A stretch of DNA of 64,000 bases. It comes from Candidatus Latescibacterota bacterium. Its GTDB lineage: Bacteria > Latescibacterota > UBA2968 > GCA-2709665. Made by a program: the position numbers and the translations under genes. The DNA lies in NCBI GenBank assembly GCA_965219455.1, contig OZ244744.1:2272001-2336000 (forward strand), given 5' to 3'. The first letter of the stretch is position 1; each line of letters starts with the position of its first letter. Of the stretch, positions 9,670 through 18,076 are shown piece by piece. The notes under the pieces were generated by a model. That model ran no database searches. It had not been told where the DNA came from and worked only from the letters and a program-made list of their open reading frames with translations.

Positions 9670-10611
9670 CCCCGAGATGGCGTCGATCATCTCCATCGTC
9701 TTCACCGCGTCGTCCAGACTACAGGCCGGGAACGGAAGTGCGCCTCCATTCCGGACCCATCTCAAGAACGTGCGATCCTGCTGATAAAATCCTGGTTTGT
9801 AGCGGCGATCAATGTCATTCCCTTCGACGTTCTCCGGCTGTCCGCCCCTGCGTCTCAAGGTTGCGGCTTGCCCAAGAGCGGACGTGAAGGTAACCCCATT
9901 GCCGCGCACTTCCACGCGGTGCCCTCCCGGAGCGAACCAGTCCATAGAGGCACGCCCGACAGCCCCGCCTGTGAAGGTCAACAGCGCCGAACAGCAGTCC
10001 GGCATGGGACCTTCCACAGTATGGTGCATCGGCTGGACGCTCACCACGTCACCGCCGAAGAATCGCAACAGGTCCAAGGCGTGGATGCCGTTTGCTACGC
10101 TCCAGCGTTCCAGGACCTTTTCAGGAAATTTCGGGTTTTCCCGGACCCGCTGGATATCTTCGTGGGCGTCCACAGTGACGCTTTGTACCGGCCCGGATTC
10201 GAGGATCAGCTCCCTGCCCTTGAGAAGCGTGGAATAGAACCGCCGATTTACGCCCACCATCGCCGGCGTACCCACCGCTCGCGCCAGATCGGCCAGCGCA
10301 CGGGTCTGGCACGTATAGAGGCCAGGAGGCTTTTCCAGAAAGGTCGGGATACCGGACCGAATGAAGTCTGCGGCGACCGCAGCGACCTGGAGGACACTCA
10401 CGAGAACGAAAACGGCGTCGGGCCGATCCCCTTCCAGCAGGCTCTCGTGCAAGTTCAGGCGATTCGACACGCCGAACCGCGCTCCTGTCTCTTCCAGAAC
10501 GCGGGGGTTGCTGTCCACAAGCGTCGTCACACACCCCTCGCGAAGGTCGGTGAGTACTTTCAGGTGCCTCTGGGCTATGTTTCCGGCTCCAACTACCGCA
10601 ATGTTCAGCAT
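9664..10611 (-). CDS. Gfo/Idh/MocA family oxidoreductase
   Basis: MLNIAVVGAGNIA Rossmann motif, EKPPG, NRRF, GIHALDLL. Confidence 0.9.
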   Translation of the reverse strand: MLNIAVVGAGNIAQRHLKVLTDLREGCVTTLVDSNPRVLEETGARFGVSNRLNLHESLLEGDRPDAVFVLVSVLQVAAVAADFIRSGIPTFLEKPPGLYTCQTRALADLARAVGTPAMVGVNRRFYSTLLKGRELILESGPVQSVTVDAHEDIQRVRENPKFPEKVLERWSVANGIHALDLLRFFGGDVVSVQPMHHTVEGPMPDCCSALLTFTGGAVGRASMDWFAPGGHRVEVRGNGVTFTSALGQAATLRRRGGQPENVEGNDIDRRYKPGFYQQDRTFLRWVRNGGALPFPACSLDDAVKTMEMIDAISGS

Positions 10612-10743
10612 TTCGTCCTTTTTCCTATAAAAAAAGCCGCCGATGCCGACGATAACGGTGACCACTGCGAAGATAAGCAGTCCGATGAGGAGCACGGCGC
10701 CCGCACAATGGCTTGTCGAGCTATTGAGGAAGCGTGTCTGAAG

Positions 10744-10768
10744 GTGGGGCAGACATTCCTGTCTGCCC
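10744..10768. repeat. REP-like short palindrome GGGCAGACATTCCTGTCTGCCC
   Basis: Perfect hairpin in intergenic DNA; inverted related copy near 38667-38691. Confidence 0.6.
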
Positions 10769-10903
10769 TTCTCATCGTCCGTCTGTCGCAATGCAGACAG
10801 AAAAACGGCTTGCACCGCCTTTATGGAGCCAATAGCCCTGGCGGCTCTTGCGTTACCACAATAAAGCGACTTGAGTAAGGAAACGACCGTATGGGTTATT
10901 CGC

Positions 10904-11521
10904 TTACGGCCAGGTGGGGCGTTCCATCGAAAAAGATTCGGTGACGCAGGCGTAGTCCAGATACCCGAGACGCCCCACGGGTTTCAGGGCCACGGTGTCG
11001 ACAAGGCCATCTCTTATAGCCCGATCGGCAATGTGGATGCCAATCACCTGACCGAATACAACCGTGTTCGGATCGTCCGGATCGTCGGTGGGAAGGTCCA
11101 CGGTCCGGGTATGGATACACTCCAGGTGGACCGGGCTTTCCGCCACACGGGGAGGTTTTACAAGTATAGAAGGCGCCTGGGTGACACCCGCGTATTCGAA
11201 CTCGTTGACGTTTCCAGGCGCGGGTACCGCGGTCGCGTTCATCTGTGTCCGAAGCTCCCAGGTAACGAGGTTTACCACGAATTCGCCGGTTTCCTGCGCA
11301 TTCTTTATGGAATCCTTCAACCCGCCGTGGGTGTGTGTGGTTGTAGCGGCGAACATGACCTGCGGCGGGGTATAGGCCACCGCGTTGAAAAACGAGTACG
11401 GGGCCAGGTTGACCGCACCCTGCGCGTCTATCGACGAAATCCATCCGATCGGTCGCGGCACAACGATGGCGTTAAAGGGATCGCGACGCAGGCCGTGGTG
11501 TTCGGTCGTCCTGTAAAACAT
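10904..11521 (-). CDS. Flavin reductase family protein
   Basis: VVPRPIGWISS..NLAPYSFFN, KDS..N, GRLGY motifs. Confidence 0.92.
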   Translation of the reverse strand: MFYRTTEHHGLRRDPFNAIVVPRPIGWISSIDAQGAVNLAPYSFFNAVAYTPPQVMFAATTTHTHGGLKDSIKNAQETGEFVVNLVTWELRTQMNATAVPAPGNVNEFEYAGVTQAPSILVKPPRVAESPVHLECIHTRTVDLPTDDPDDPNTVVFGQVIGIHIADRAIRDGLVDTVALKPVGRLGYLDYACVTESFSMERPTWP

Positions 11522-11570
11522 GCCTGAGGCACCCTTTCCGGTGGTTAACTCGCTTTCTTTTTAGCAGGTC

Positions 11571-12572
11571 CTACTTCCACTTGAACACAACACCCAGCGC
11601 GGCGCTCGGATCATCTGCGAGCATGGTGTAGATTTCCTGGCACCGTTCCGGCTCCGCCACGTGGGTGACGAGGTCATCGACGGGTAATTTGCCCTCTCCC
11701 ATCAGGCGCATCACCAGCCGGCGGTCCCGTTCCTTTGCCCATCGGTAGTAGATGTGATCGGCCTCCGGCGTTTTGGGCTGGTGGGCGCCCAGGATGCTGA
11801 CTTCCCTCAGATGCACGTCGGCCAGGAAATCCATGTCGACGGTGCCTCGCGGGGAACCCAGCGCGACCACCCGGCCTGCCGAACAAGCAATCCGGACGGC
11901 GGTGGGATATACCGCGGGTTTGCCAGTCGCTTCGATAACGACGTTGGCGCCGTCTTCCACGCAGTGTCGGCCAACCGCCTCCCGGACGTCGTCCACGGCG
12001 ACGGGATTGATGCAGAGGCCGATGCCGCGGCTTTGCGCCTTGTCCAGACGAAAGTCGTCGAGATCGATAGCGATTACCGGCAGGGCGCCGGAGAGTCCCG
12101 CGAGCGTCGACGCGAGTTGGCCGACAATCCCCAGGCCGATGACGACGACAACCTCACCCAATTCGATGCGCGCCACCCGGATTCCATGGATGGCGATGGC
12201 GCCCATGACCATAAAGGCGGCGGCTTCGGACGACACGGTATCCGGGACCTTCTGGTGGAAGGACCTGCCGCCGTAGAGTATGGAGTGGCTGGCGTGGTTT
12301 CCCTGTCCGGCTATGCGATCGCCGGGGCGGATGCCTTCAACGTCCTTGCCGACTTCCAGGGCCGTTCCGACGTTGCAATAGCCGGTGGGGCGCGGAAAAC
12401 GAACGGGGTTTCCGGGTTCGCCTCCGTGGGTCCAGCCGTGGATCTCGGTGCCGACGCTGACGGCGGTGTACTGGTTTTCGATAAGGATACCGTCATCCGG
12501 TACTGGCCCCGTTTCGAAGGACGCCAATTCCATCCGACGGATACCGGGAATGAGAAAACGTGTGGCTTTCAT
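11571..12572 (-). CDS. MDR (zinc-binding-like) dehydrogenase
   Basis: SVGTE, PTGYCNVG, GLGIVG, IEATG; classical Zn ligands absent. Confidence 0.88.
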   Translation of the reverse strand: MKATRFLIPGIRRMELASFETGPVPDDGILIENQYTAVSVGTEIHGWTHGGEPGNPVRFPRPTGYCNVGTALEVGKDVEGIRPGDRIAGQGNHASHSILYGGRSFHQKVPDTVSSEAAAFMVMGAIAIHGIRVARIELGEVVVVIGLGIVGQLASTLAGLSGALPVIAIDLDDFRLDKAQSRGIGLCINPVAVDDVREAVGRHCVEDGANVVIEATGKPAVYPTAVRIACSAGRVVALGSPRGTVDMDFLADVHLREVSILGAHQPKTPEADHIYYRWAKERDRRLVMRLMGEGKLPVDDLVTHVAEPERCQEIYTMLADDPSAALGVVFKWK

Positions 12573-12584
12573 CGTGAAGTCCTT

Positions 12585-12749
12585 TAGCAGTCCGTTGAAA
12601 AAGTCGCTCTGCAGGCGAGGCCGAGTCATTGTGGCCGAAGACAAGGCGCGCGACCGCGTCGAATCGGGGATTCGGGGAGGGAGCGCAACGCAGTAATTCG
12701 GCCACAAGGGCCGGACGCAGCCCGGATGGACTTTTTCTCCGGGCTGTTA
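12585..12749. mobile_element. MITE-like ~165-bp element with terminal inverted repeats (copy 1)
   Basis: Ends TAGCAGTCCGTTGAAAAAG ... CTTTTTCTCCGGGCTGTTA; internal IR TTGTGGCCGAA/TTCGGCCACAA; near-identical inverted copy at 57391-57556. Confidence 0.85.
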
Positions 12750-12805
12750 AGGTTGCTCGACGGCGGAAAGGATCGGGTAATCGAGACAGACGCCCTGCGT
12801 GGTCT

Positions 12806-13843
12806 CTACGCCTGCCCGCGGTCCAGGGTCTCCCGGAAGAGTCGAAGGAAGTTGCCGCCCCAGATCTTCCGGATTTCGTTCTCTGAGAGACCACGACTGA
12901 GCATGGCGCGGGTGAGGCGCACAAGCTTTGAGACGTCTCCAAAAACAGGTGTGCGCGAACCCATGCCGTCGTAATCGGAACCGATGGCGACGTGGTCGAT
13001 ACCGACCAGGTCGGCCACGTAACAGATGTGGTCGACCATTCGGTCCACGGAAGAATTCTCCGGATCGATAAAGCCTGGCAGAAAGGCGATGCCCATCACC
13101 CCACCGGAGGCGGCCAGCGCCCTGAGTTGATCGTCGGTGAGGCAGCGCCAGTGGTTGCAGACGGAAAAAACCGCGGTGTGGGTCATCGTTACCGGGAGGG
13201 AAGACAGTTCCAGAACCTGGTAGAAAGCTTTGTCATTAATATGGGCCAGGTCGGTGATGATGCCCAGCCGGTTACTTTCCTCGAGCACGGCCTTGCCGAA
13301 GTCCGTCAGACCGATGGCGTTCCTGCGTTCACGTTCACGGTCGTCCGGCGTGCATGGGCCGAAAGGACTCTTGCTGCCCTGAAGGTAGGCCCCGGCGTCC
13401 CCGCCTTCGCCGTGGGTGATCCCCACGCAGCGTACGCCCAGGCGGTAGTAGAGACGAAGAATATCCATCTCCCCTTCCAGCCAACGTCCCGCGCCTTCGA
13501 TTGTAAGCAGGATGCCGATTTTGCCGGATGCTCTCGCACGTTCAACGTCCTGTGGCGAGAACACCAGCATCAGGTCCTCGGGATACCGCTCCACCGAGGC
13601 CAGGGTCTGTTCCAGGGTTACACGAACGTTTGCCGTCGGACCGTTGCCGACCACGAAAAAGCCGGCATCGAATCCGCCTTCCCTCATCCGGGGAATGTCC
13701 ATGTGATACGCGGGATCCCGTTTTTTCAGGTCCATCGGGCGCTCGCCGCGGTGCACGCGCTCCACGGGCGTGTCGTTGTGGCCGTCGACGATTAGGCAGC
13801 GGTCGTGGACTGCCTGCGCTTCTTCAAGGGTAATGTCCGGCAT
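12806..13843 (-). CDS. Membrane dipeptidase family (M19) protein
   Basis: DGHND, IEG, DLAH, MTHT, R.LTDDQ and IGSDYDG motifs. Confidence 0.92.
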   Translation of the reverse strand: MPDITLEEAQAVHDRCLIVDGHNDTPVERVHRGERPMDLKKRDPAYHMDIPRMREGGFDAGFFVVGNGPTANVRVTLEQTLASVERYPEDLMLVFSPQDVERARASGKIGILLTIEGAGRWLEGEMDILRLYYRLGVRCVGITHGEGGDAGAYLQGSKSPFGPCTPDDRERERRNAIGLTDFGKAVLEESNRLGIITDLAHINDKAFYQVLELSSLPVTMTHTAVFSVCNHWRCLTDDQLRALAASGGVMGIAFLPGFIDPENSSVDRMVDHICYVADLVGIDHVAIGSDYDGMGSRTPVFGDVSKLVRLTRAMLSRGLSENEIRKIWGGNFLRLFRETLDRGQA

Positions 13844-13912
13844 GGGAATTGTCCTCTGCTTGGGGTTGACGGTGTGCGCTTTCGGGTCGGTATGATGCGC
13901 TCTCAGGCCGGT

Positions 13913-15235
13913 CTACGGCGGGTCGACCGGTACTTTCTGGTTCTTGCGGACCAGGGGATCGTATGTAAATCCGTCGGACCGTTTTTCGAACTCGGCGCGT
14001 ACCTTTTTCATGTTCTCCGGGCTCCGGCAGAGGTCGACCGCGGTTCCGGCGAAAACCTTGGCGGTCTGCCGGATCGAGCGCTCGGCGAAAGGCAGCGCGG
14101 CCTGCGCGGCCATGTCCCGGTGATGGCCAGGCGTTCCCTTTGCATAACAGACCATCTGGAAGCGTCCCAGAGGGGCCAGCCAGGAAACGTTGTCTTCGTC
14201 GGTGGAGCCCCGGCCCTGGGAACCGCTGCCCTTGGCTATCTTCGTGTTGAACCCCTTTTTGTAGCCGAGGGCTTCGGCGCGCTTCGTGTCGGCTTCCGTC
14301 GGTTCGGGCGGCCCGAAGAGTTTCAGGTTTTTTCGAACAATCTCACACATTGACTTGTTGGGCAGACGCGGGTACACGGCAGTGATACGCGACCATTTCA
14401 TCTTCGTGTCCGTGGCTTTGGCGGCGCCCCGGGCGCAGGCGGTGAGGCGTTCACGCACTTCGTCTACCTGCGCGCGGTCCTTGCCCCGTACGAAGTACCA
14501 GATCTTGGCATAGGCCGGCACCACGTTGGGGGCATCGCCTCCATTGCGAATGACGGAATGAATCCTGACGTTTTCGGGAACATGCTCCCGGAGGTAGTTG
14601 GCGGCAATATCCGTGAGCATCACCCCGTCCAGGGCGCTGCGGCCCCGGTGAGCCCACGCGCCGTGGGCGGTGCGGCCGAAGAACTCGTAAACGAGGGAGT
14701 CCAGCGACGATCCGCCAAAATTGTTGACGCCGGAAGAATTCCCCGGATGCCAGGCGAGGCAGGCGTCCAGGTCCCGAAACCCGCCGTCGCGAGCCATATA
14801 CACTTTGCCGGCCAGGGTTTCCTCGGCCGGACAGCCGTAGTAGACGATTGTGCCCGATGTTCCGGTTGATTCGAGGATTTTTGCAGCGGCGACCGCACCC
14901 ACGGCCGGGGCAACGCCCAGCAGGTTGTGGCCTCAGCCATGCCCCCAGTCACCTTCCTCGGGACCGCAGTTCGGCAGCGCGTCGTATTCCCCCAGCATCC
15001 CGACCGCCGGTTCTCCGTTGCCCCGGGTCGCGCGAAATGCCGTGGGGATTTTCTTGAAAGAGAATTCGACTTCGAAGCCGTGCGAAGCCAGGTAGTCCGC
15101 GACCGCTCCCGAGGATTCGACCTCCCGGAAGGGCCGTTCCGCCCAGGCGTGCACCCGCCTGGAAAGGTTCCTGGCGCGTTTCGACTCGTCCGCTACGGTG
15201 CGATCGATGAAGTCCTTTTTATCTTGCGAGGTCAT
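13913..15235 (-). CDS. M20D amidohydrolase (AbgB-like), 440 aa, read through in-frame UGA at codon 101 (candidate selenocysteine)
   Basis: ORFs 14933..15268 and 13913..14902 share one frame; LGEYDALP..GHG*GHNLLG matches GHGCGHNLLG; CPAEE, WHP, AHG, GGDAPNVVP and GSTD intact. Confidence 0.85.
14896..14935 (-). promoter_or_regulatory. UGA plus SECIS-like hairpin
   Basis: UGA GGCCACAACCU GCUGGGC-GUU-GCCCCGGC: stem with a G-first apical loop starting 19 nt after UGA. Confidence 0.55.
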
Positions 15236-15342
15236 GACATATCCCTTCTGTAAAAAACGCCGGCCCACGGTTAATGGAATTGCCGCGTTGGATCGTCAAC
15301 GGTTCCGGATCGATCTTCGCCCCGAGTTTTCGAGCGACAAGT

Positions 15343-16431
15343 CTATGGTTTGACGATGGCATCAACGACCGCGTCGCCCACCTCCGGAGTCGCAGCTTCC
15401 CCGCCCAGGTCCGCCGGATGGTTTGCCGGATGGACAAGCGTTCGATCGACGGCGCGGTCAATTGTCTGTGAGGCGGCGGCGGCTTCCGGATCGTTATGGC
15501 GGCTGCCCAGCCAGGACAGCATCATCCCCGCGGAGAGGATCTGGGCTATGGGGTTGGCGATGCCCTTCCCGGCTATATCGGGGGCGGTACCGTGGGAAGG
15601 CTGGAAGACGCCGTAACGATCGCTGACGTCGGCCGAGGGCGCCATACCCATCCCGCCGATAGTAGCTGCGGCCAGGTCCGAAATGATGTCCCCGAACATA
15701 TTTTCTGCAACGACAACGTCGTACCACGCGGGGTTGCGTAACTGGTACACGGTGAAGGCGTCCACGTAGGCATAATCCCGCTCGACGTCGGGATAGGATT
15801 CTGCCACCTCGTCGTAGATCTGCCTGAAAAAGGCCATGCTTTTCAGAATGTTGGCCTTGTCCACCGAGGTGACGCGGCTTTTCCCGTCGGCGGGCGCCCC
15901 CTCCCGTTGTTTTGCGATTTCAAAGGCGTACCGTACAATCCGCTCGGTACCGGCCCGGGTGATAACCATGTTGTCCACGGCGAGGCTGTCGCCGAGAAGA
16001 ACCCCGGCGCCCCTGGAGGCGTAAAGGCCTTCGGTATTCTCGCGCATAATGACGTAGTCGAGCGGCGGATTCCCCTCCAGAAGCGGAGGCACGCCACGAT
16101 ATTTCTTGATGGGCCGGATCCCGGCGTAAAGGTCGAGTTCGAAGCGCAATGTCAGCTGCGGTGCGATTTCCGTGCCATCCGGAAACCGTATATCCGGGTC
16201 GCCCGCGGAACCGAAAAGGACGGCATCGGACTGTTTGCAGGCGTTGAGCGTGGGCTCGGGCAGGTCATTGCCGGTTTCGGCGTAACACCTGGCGCCCACC
16301 GGGTACTCAGAAAAGGTGAATCGGAGATCGGGATGCGGCTCCTCGAGCGCGAGAAGTACTTTGAGCGCTTCCGCGACTACTTCCGGGCCGACGCCGTCTC
16401 CAGGGAGTACGGCAATGTTGTACGTTGGCAT
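15343..16431 (-). CDS. Isocitrate/isopropylmalate dehydrogenase family protein
   Basis: LPGDGVGPEV, RENTEGLY, VDKANIL, ENMFGDIISD, HGTAPDIAGKGIANP. Confidence 0.93.
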   Translation of the reverse strand: MPTYNIAVLPGDGVGPEVVAEALKVLLALEEPHPDLRFTFSEYPVGARCYAETGNDLPEPTLNACKQSDAVLFGSAGDPDIRFPDGTEIAPQLTLRFELDLYAGIRPIKKYRGVPPLLEGNPPLDYVIMRENTEGLYASRGAGVLLGDSLAVDNMVITRAGTERIVRYAFEIAKQREGAPADGKSRVTSVDKANILKSMAFFRQIYDEVAESYPDVERDYAYVDAFTVYQLRNPAWYDVVVAENMFGDIISDLAAATIGGMGMAPSADVSDRYGVFQPSHGTAPDIAGKGIANPIAQILSAGMMLSWLGSRHNDPEAAAASQTIDRAVDRTLVHPANHPADLGGEAATPEVGDAVVDAIVKP

Positions 16432-16527
16432 GCACGTCCTTTCAAGGGATGTTGCACTTCGAAATCGGCGAAACGCGGGCGCTTCGACAAGCTCAGTGCG
16501 AGCAACGCAGGCAATGACGGCGTATCG

Positions 16528-17691
16528 TCAGCGGCGGCGCCGGGAACGCTGGCGATCATGGATGCCGATTCGGAATCCGCCCTCGGATCCCACGCCGCGT
16601 TCCAGCATATCCGGTTCGACGTCGAATCCCGCGCCGGGCGTTTCGGGTACGATCAGTCTGCCGTCTTGCATCCGCCACCCGTCCAGGACGATGCCGGGCA
16701 TATCGGCGGGCGCCGCTTCCAGGAGGCTGAAGTTGGGAATGGAGGCGGCGAAGTGGGCGTGTGCGTAGCGTTCGATGATACTCCCCCAGCAATGGGGCGC
16801 ACACTTCGCGCCCCAGGGTTGGATACGGTCTGCGGTGGCTTTCCACCAGGTCAGACCCTTGAAGCGAAAGTCGTGCTGCACGATGTCTATCCATCCCTCT
16901 TCGACCATATCGAAGAAGTGGGGTGGAGGCGGCCCGGATTCACCGTCGGCCACGAGCGTGTTGCAGCCTCTCCGGACGATCGCTTCTTTAAAAGCCTGGT
17001 TGAACGCCCGATCTTCAGGAAACGGCTCCTCAAACCAATAGACGCCCACGTCCCGGCAGCGATCGAGTATGTCCAAAGCGATATTGAGCGTGGTTCCGTT
17101 GTTGGCGTCAACGAGGATTTTCCCGTCCCGTCCCGCGGCTTCGCGAACCGCGTGGATCACCAGCACGTCCCTGTCCGTTCCTTCCCGGACAGGCATCCAG
17201 CGCGCGCCGCGGCCGATTTTGATTTTGAAATTGCGATAGCCGTGTTTGTGACCGGTCCGGACCTCTTCGTGAAATATATGCTGCGCCTGATCGTCGGTAG
17301 TACCCAGATCGTCGATGTAGATGGAGCCGTCATAAAGTTCCACTTCGCGGGAACCACGCGCTCCCAGGAGTTTATAAAGAGGCACCCCTTCACATCTGGC
17401 GGCCAGATCCCACAGGGGCAGATCAATGGCTGCGCCGGCCCCTTTCGACCCCCGGGGAAGTTCGAAGAGGTCCGCGGGTCCCATTCCTAGCAGCGTTTCC
17501 GCGCGCTCCTTGTCGAGGGTCGACCAGCCGATGCCGACAGCGCCACCCTCGGTGCAGATGCGCACGACCGGGTCCGTAACGACCTGGCCATGGGTGCCGA
17601 TGCGGGCGTTTGATCCGATGATACGCGGACGCCTTCCGCGGACGATAACCTTTTCGATCTTGACGATGGGATCGGAGAAAGTACAGGGCAT
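16528..17691 (-). CDS. Mandelate racemase/muconate lactonizing (enolase superfamily) enzyme
   Basis: DLPLWDL, KIKIG, VDAN, WFEEP, ADGE, PH, PETPGAG. Confidence 0.88.
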   Translation of the reverse strand: MPCTFSDPIVKIEKVIVRGRRPRIIGSNARIGTHGQVVTDPVVRICTEGGAVGIGWSTLDKERAETLLGMGPADLFELPRGSKGAGAAIDLPLWDLAARCEGVPLYKLLGARGSREVELYDGSIYIDDLGTTDDQAQHIFHEEVRTGHKHGYRNFKIKIGRGARWMPVREGTDRDVLVIHAVREAAGRDGKILVDANNGTTLNIALDILDRCRDVGVYWFEEPFPEDRAFNQAFKEAIVRRGCNTLVADGESGPPPPHFFDMVEEGWIDIVQHDFRFKGLTWWKATADRIQPWGAKCAPHCWGSIIERYAHAHFAASIPNFSLLEAAPADMPGIVLDGWRMQDGRLIVPETPGAGFDVEPDMLERGVGSEGGFRIGIHDRQRSRRRR

Positions 17692-17811
17692 AAAGGGAAT
17701 CCGGGACCCGTGTTGGATGCACGATCAAGTAAAGTAAGCCAAAAATCGACAGTTGGAAATTAAAAAAGCCGTGTGGCGCGGTGTCCGGTTTTTTTGCCTG
17801 TGAAATAGGTC

Positions 17812-17840
17812 TTGACGGGCGGTACAAGATGTAGTATTTT
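17812..17840 (+). promoter_or_regulatory. Putative sigma70 promoter upstream of smc
   Basis: TTGACG-17 bp-TATTTT. Confidence 0.4.
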
Positions 17841-18076
17841 TCAGGCATCGCAACGGATTCTTCCCCAATTTGTTGCGTCTTCCGCGTCTCCCCTACCTTC
17901 CCCCTTTCTGTTTATACTCCCTATTCCGGACCGATAGCGAACGTCCGTACCGTCCGGGTGACGACCCGGCGGATCGGACCGGTTGCCGTTCCTTCGCTAC
18001 CGGTGTGCCGTTTTCGATTCGTCCCGTGCATCTGTATTGACAGGCCGGATGTTCGTGTTCTTCAGGAGGCGTTGCC

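Noticed and set aside
10612-10815. N-terminal TM-bearing extension of the Gfo/Idh/MocA ORF
   Set aside because: It runs through a REP-like palindrome, and the ATG at 10611 has an AAGGA RBS and begins the Rossmann fold.
12573-12707. 45-aa N-terminal extension of the MDR dehydrogenase
   Set aside because: It is translated MITE sequence; a near-identical peptide appears in ORF 57401..57616.
14933-14935. Frameshift or alternative genetic code (UGA=Trp/Gly) as the explanation of the split M20 gene
   Set aside because: Both halves are in the same frame. Many full-length genes here end in TGA (dinG, smc, modB, modC) and TGG is used for Trp, so UGA is not globally reassigned.
15907-17490. Long + strand ORF (527 aa) and similar antisense or alternate-frame ORFs (e.g. 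9868..10878, 39586..40587, 46070..47353, 54409..55428)
   Set aside because: Shadows of well-supported genes in GC-rich DNA, with no motifs.
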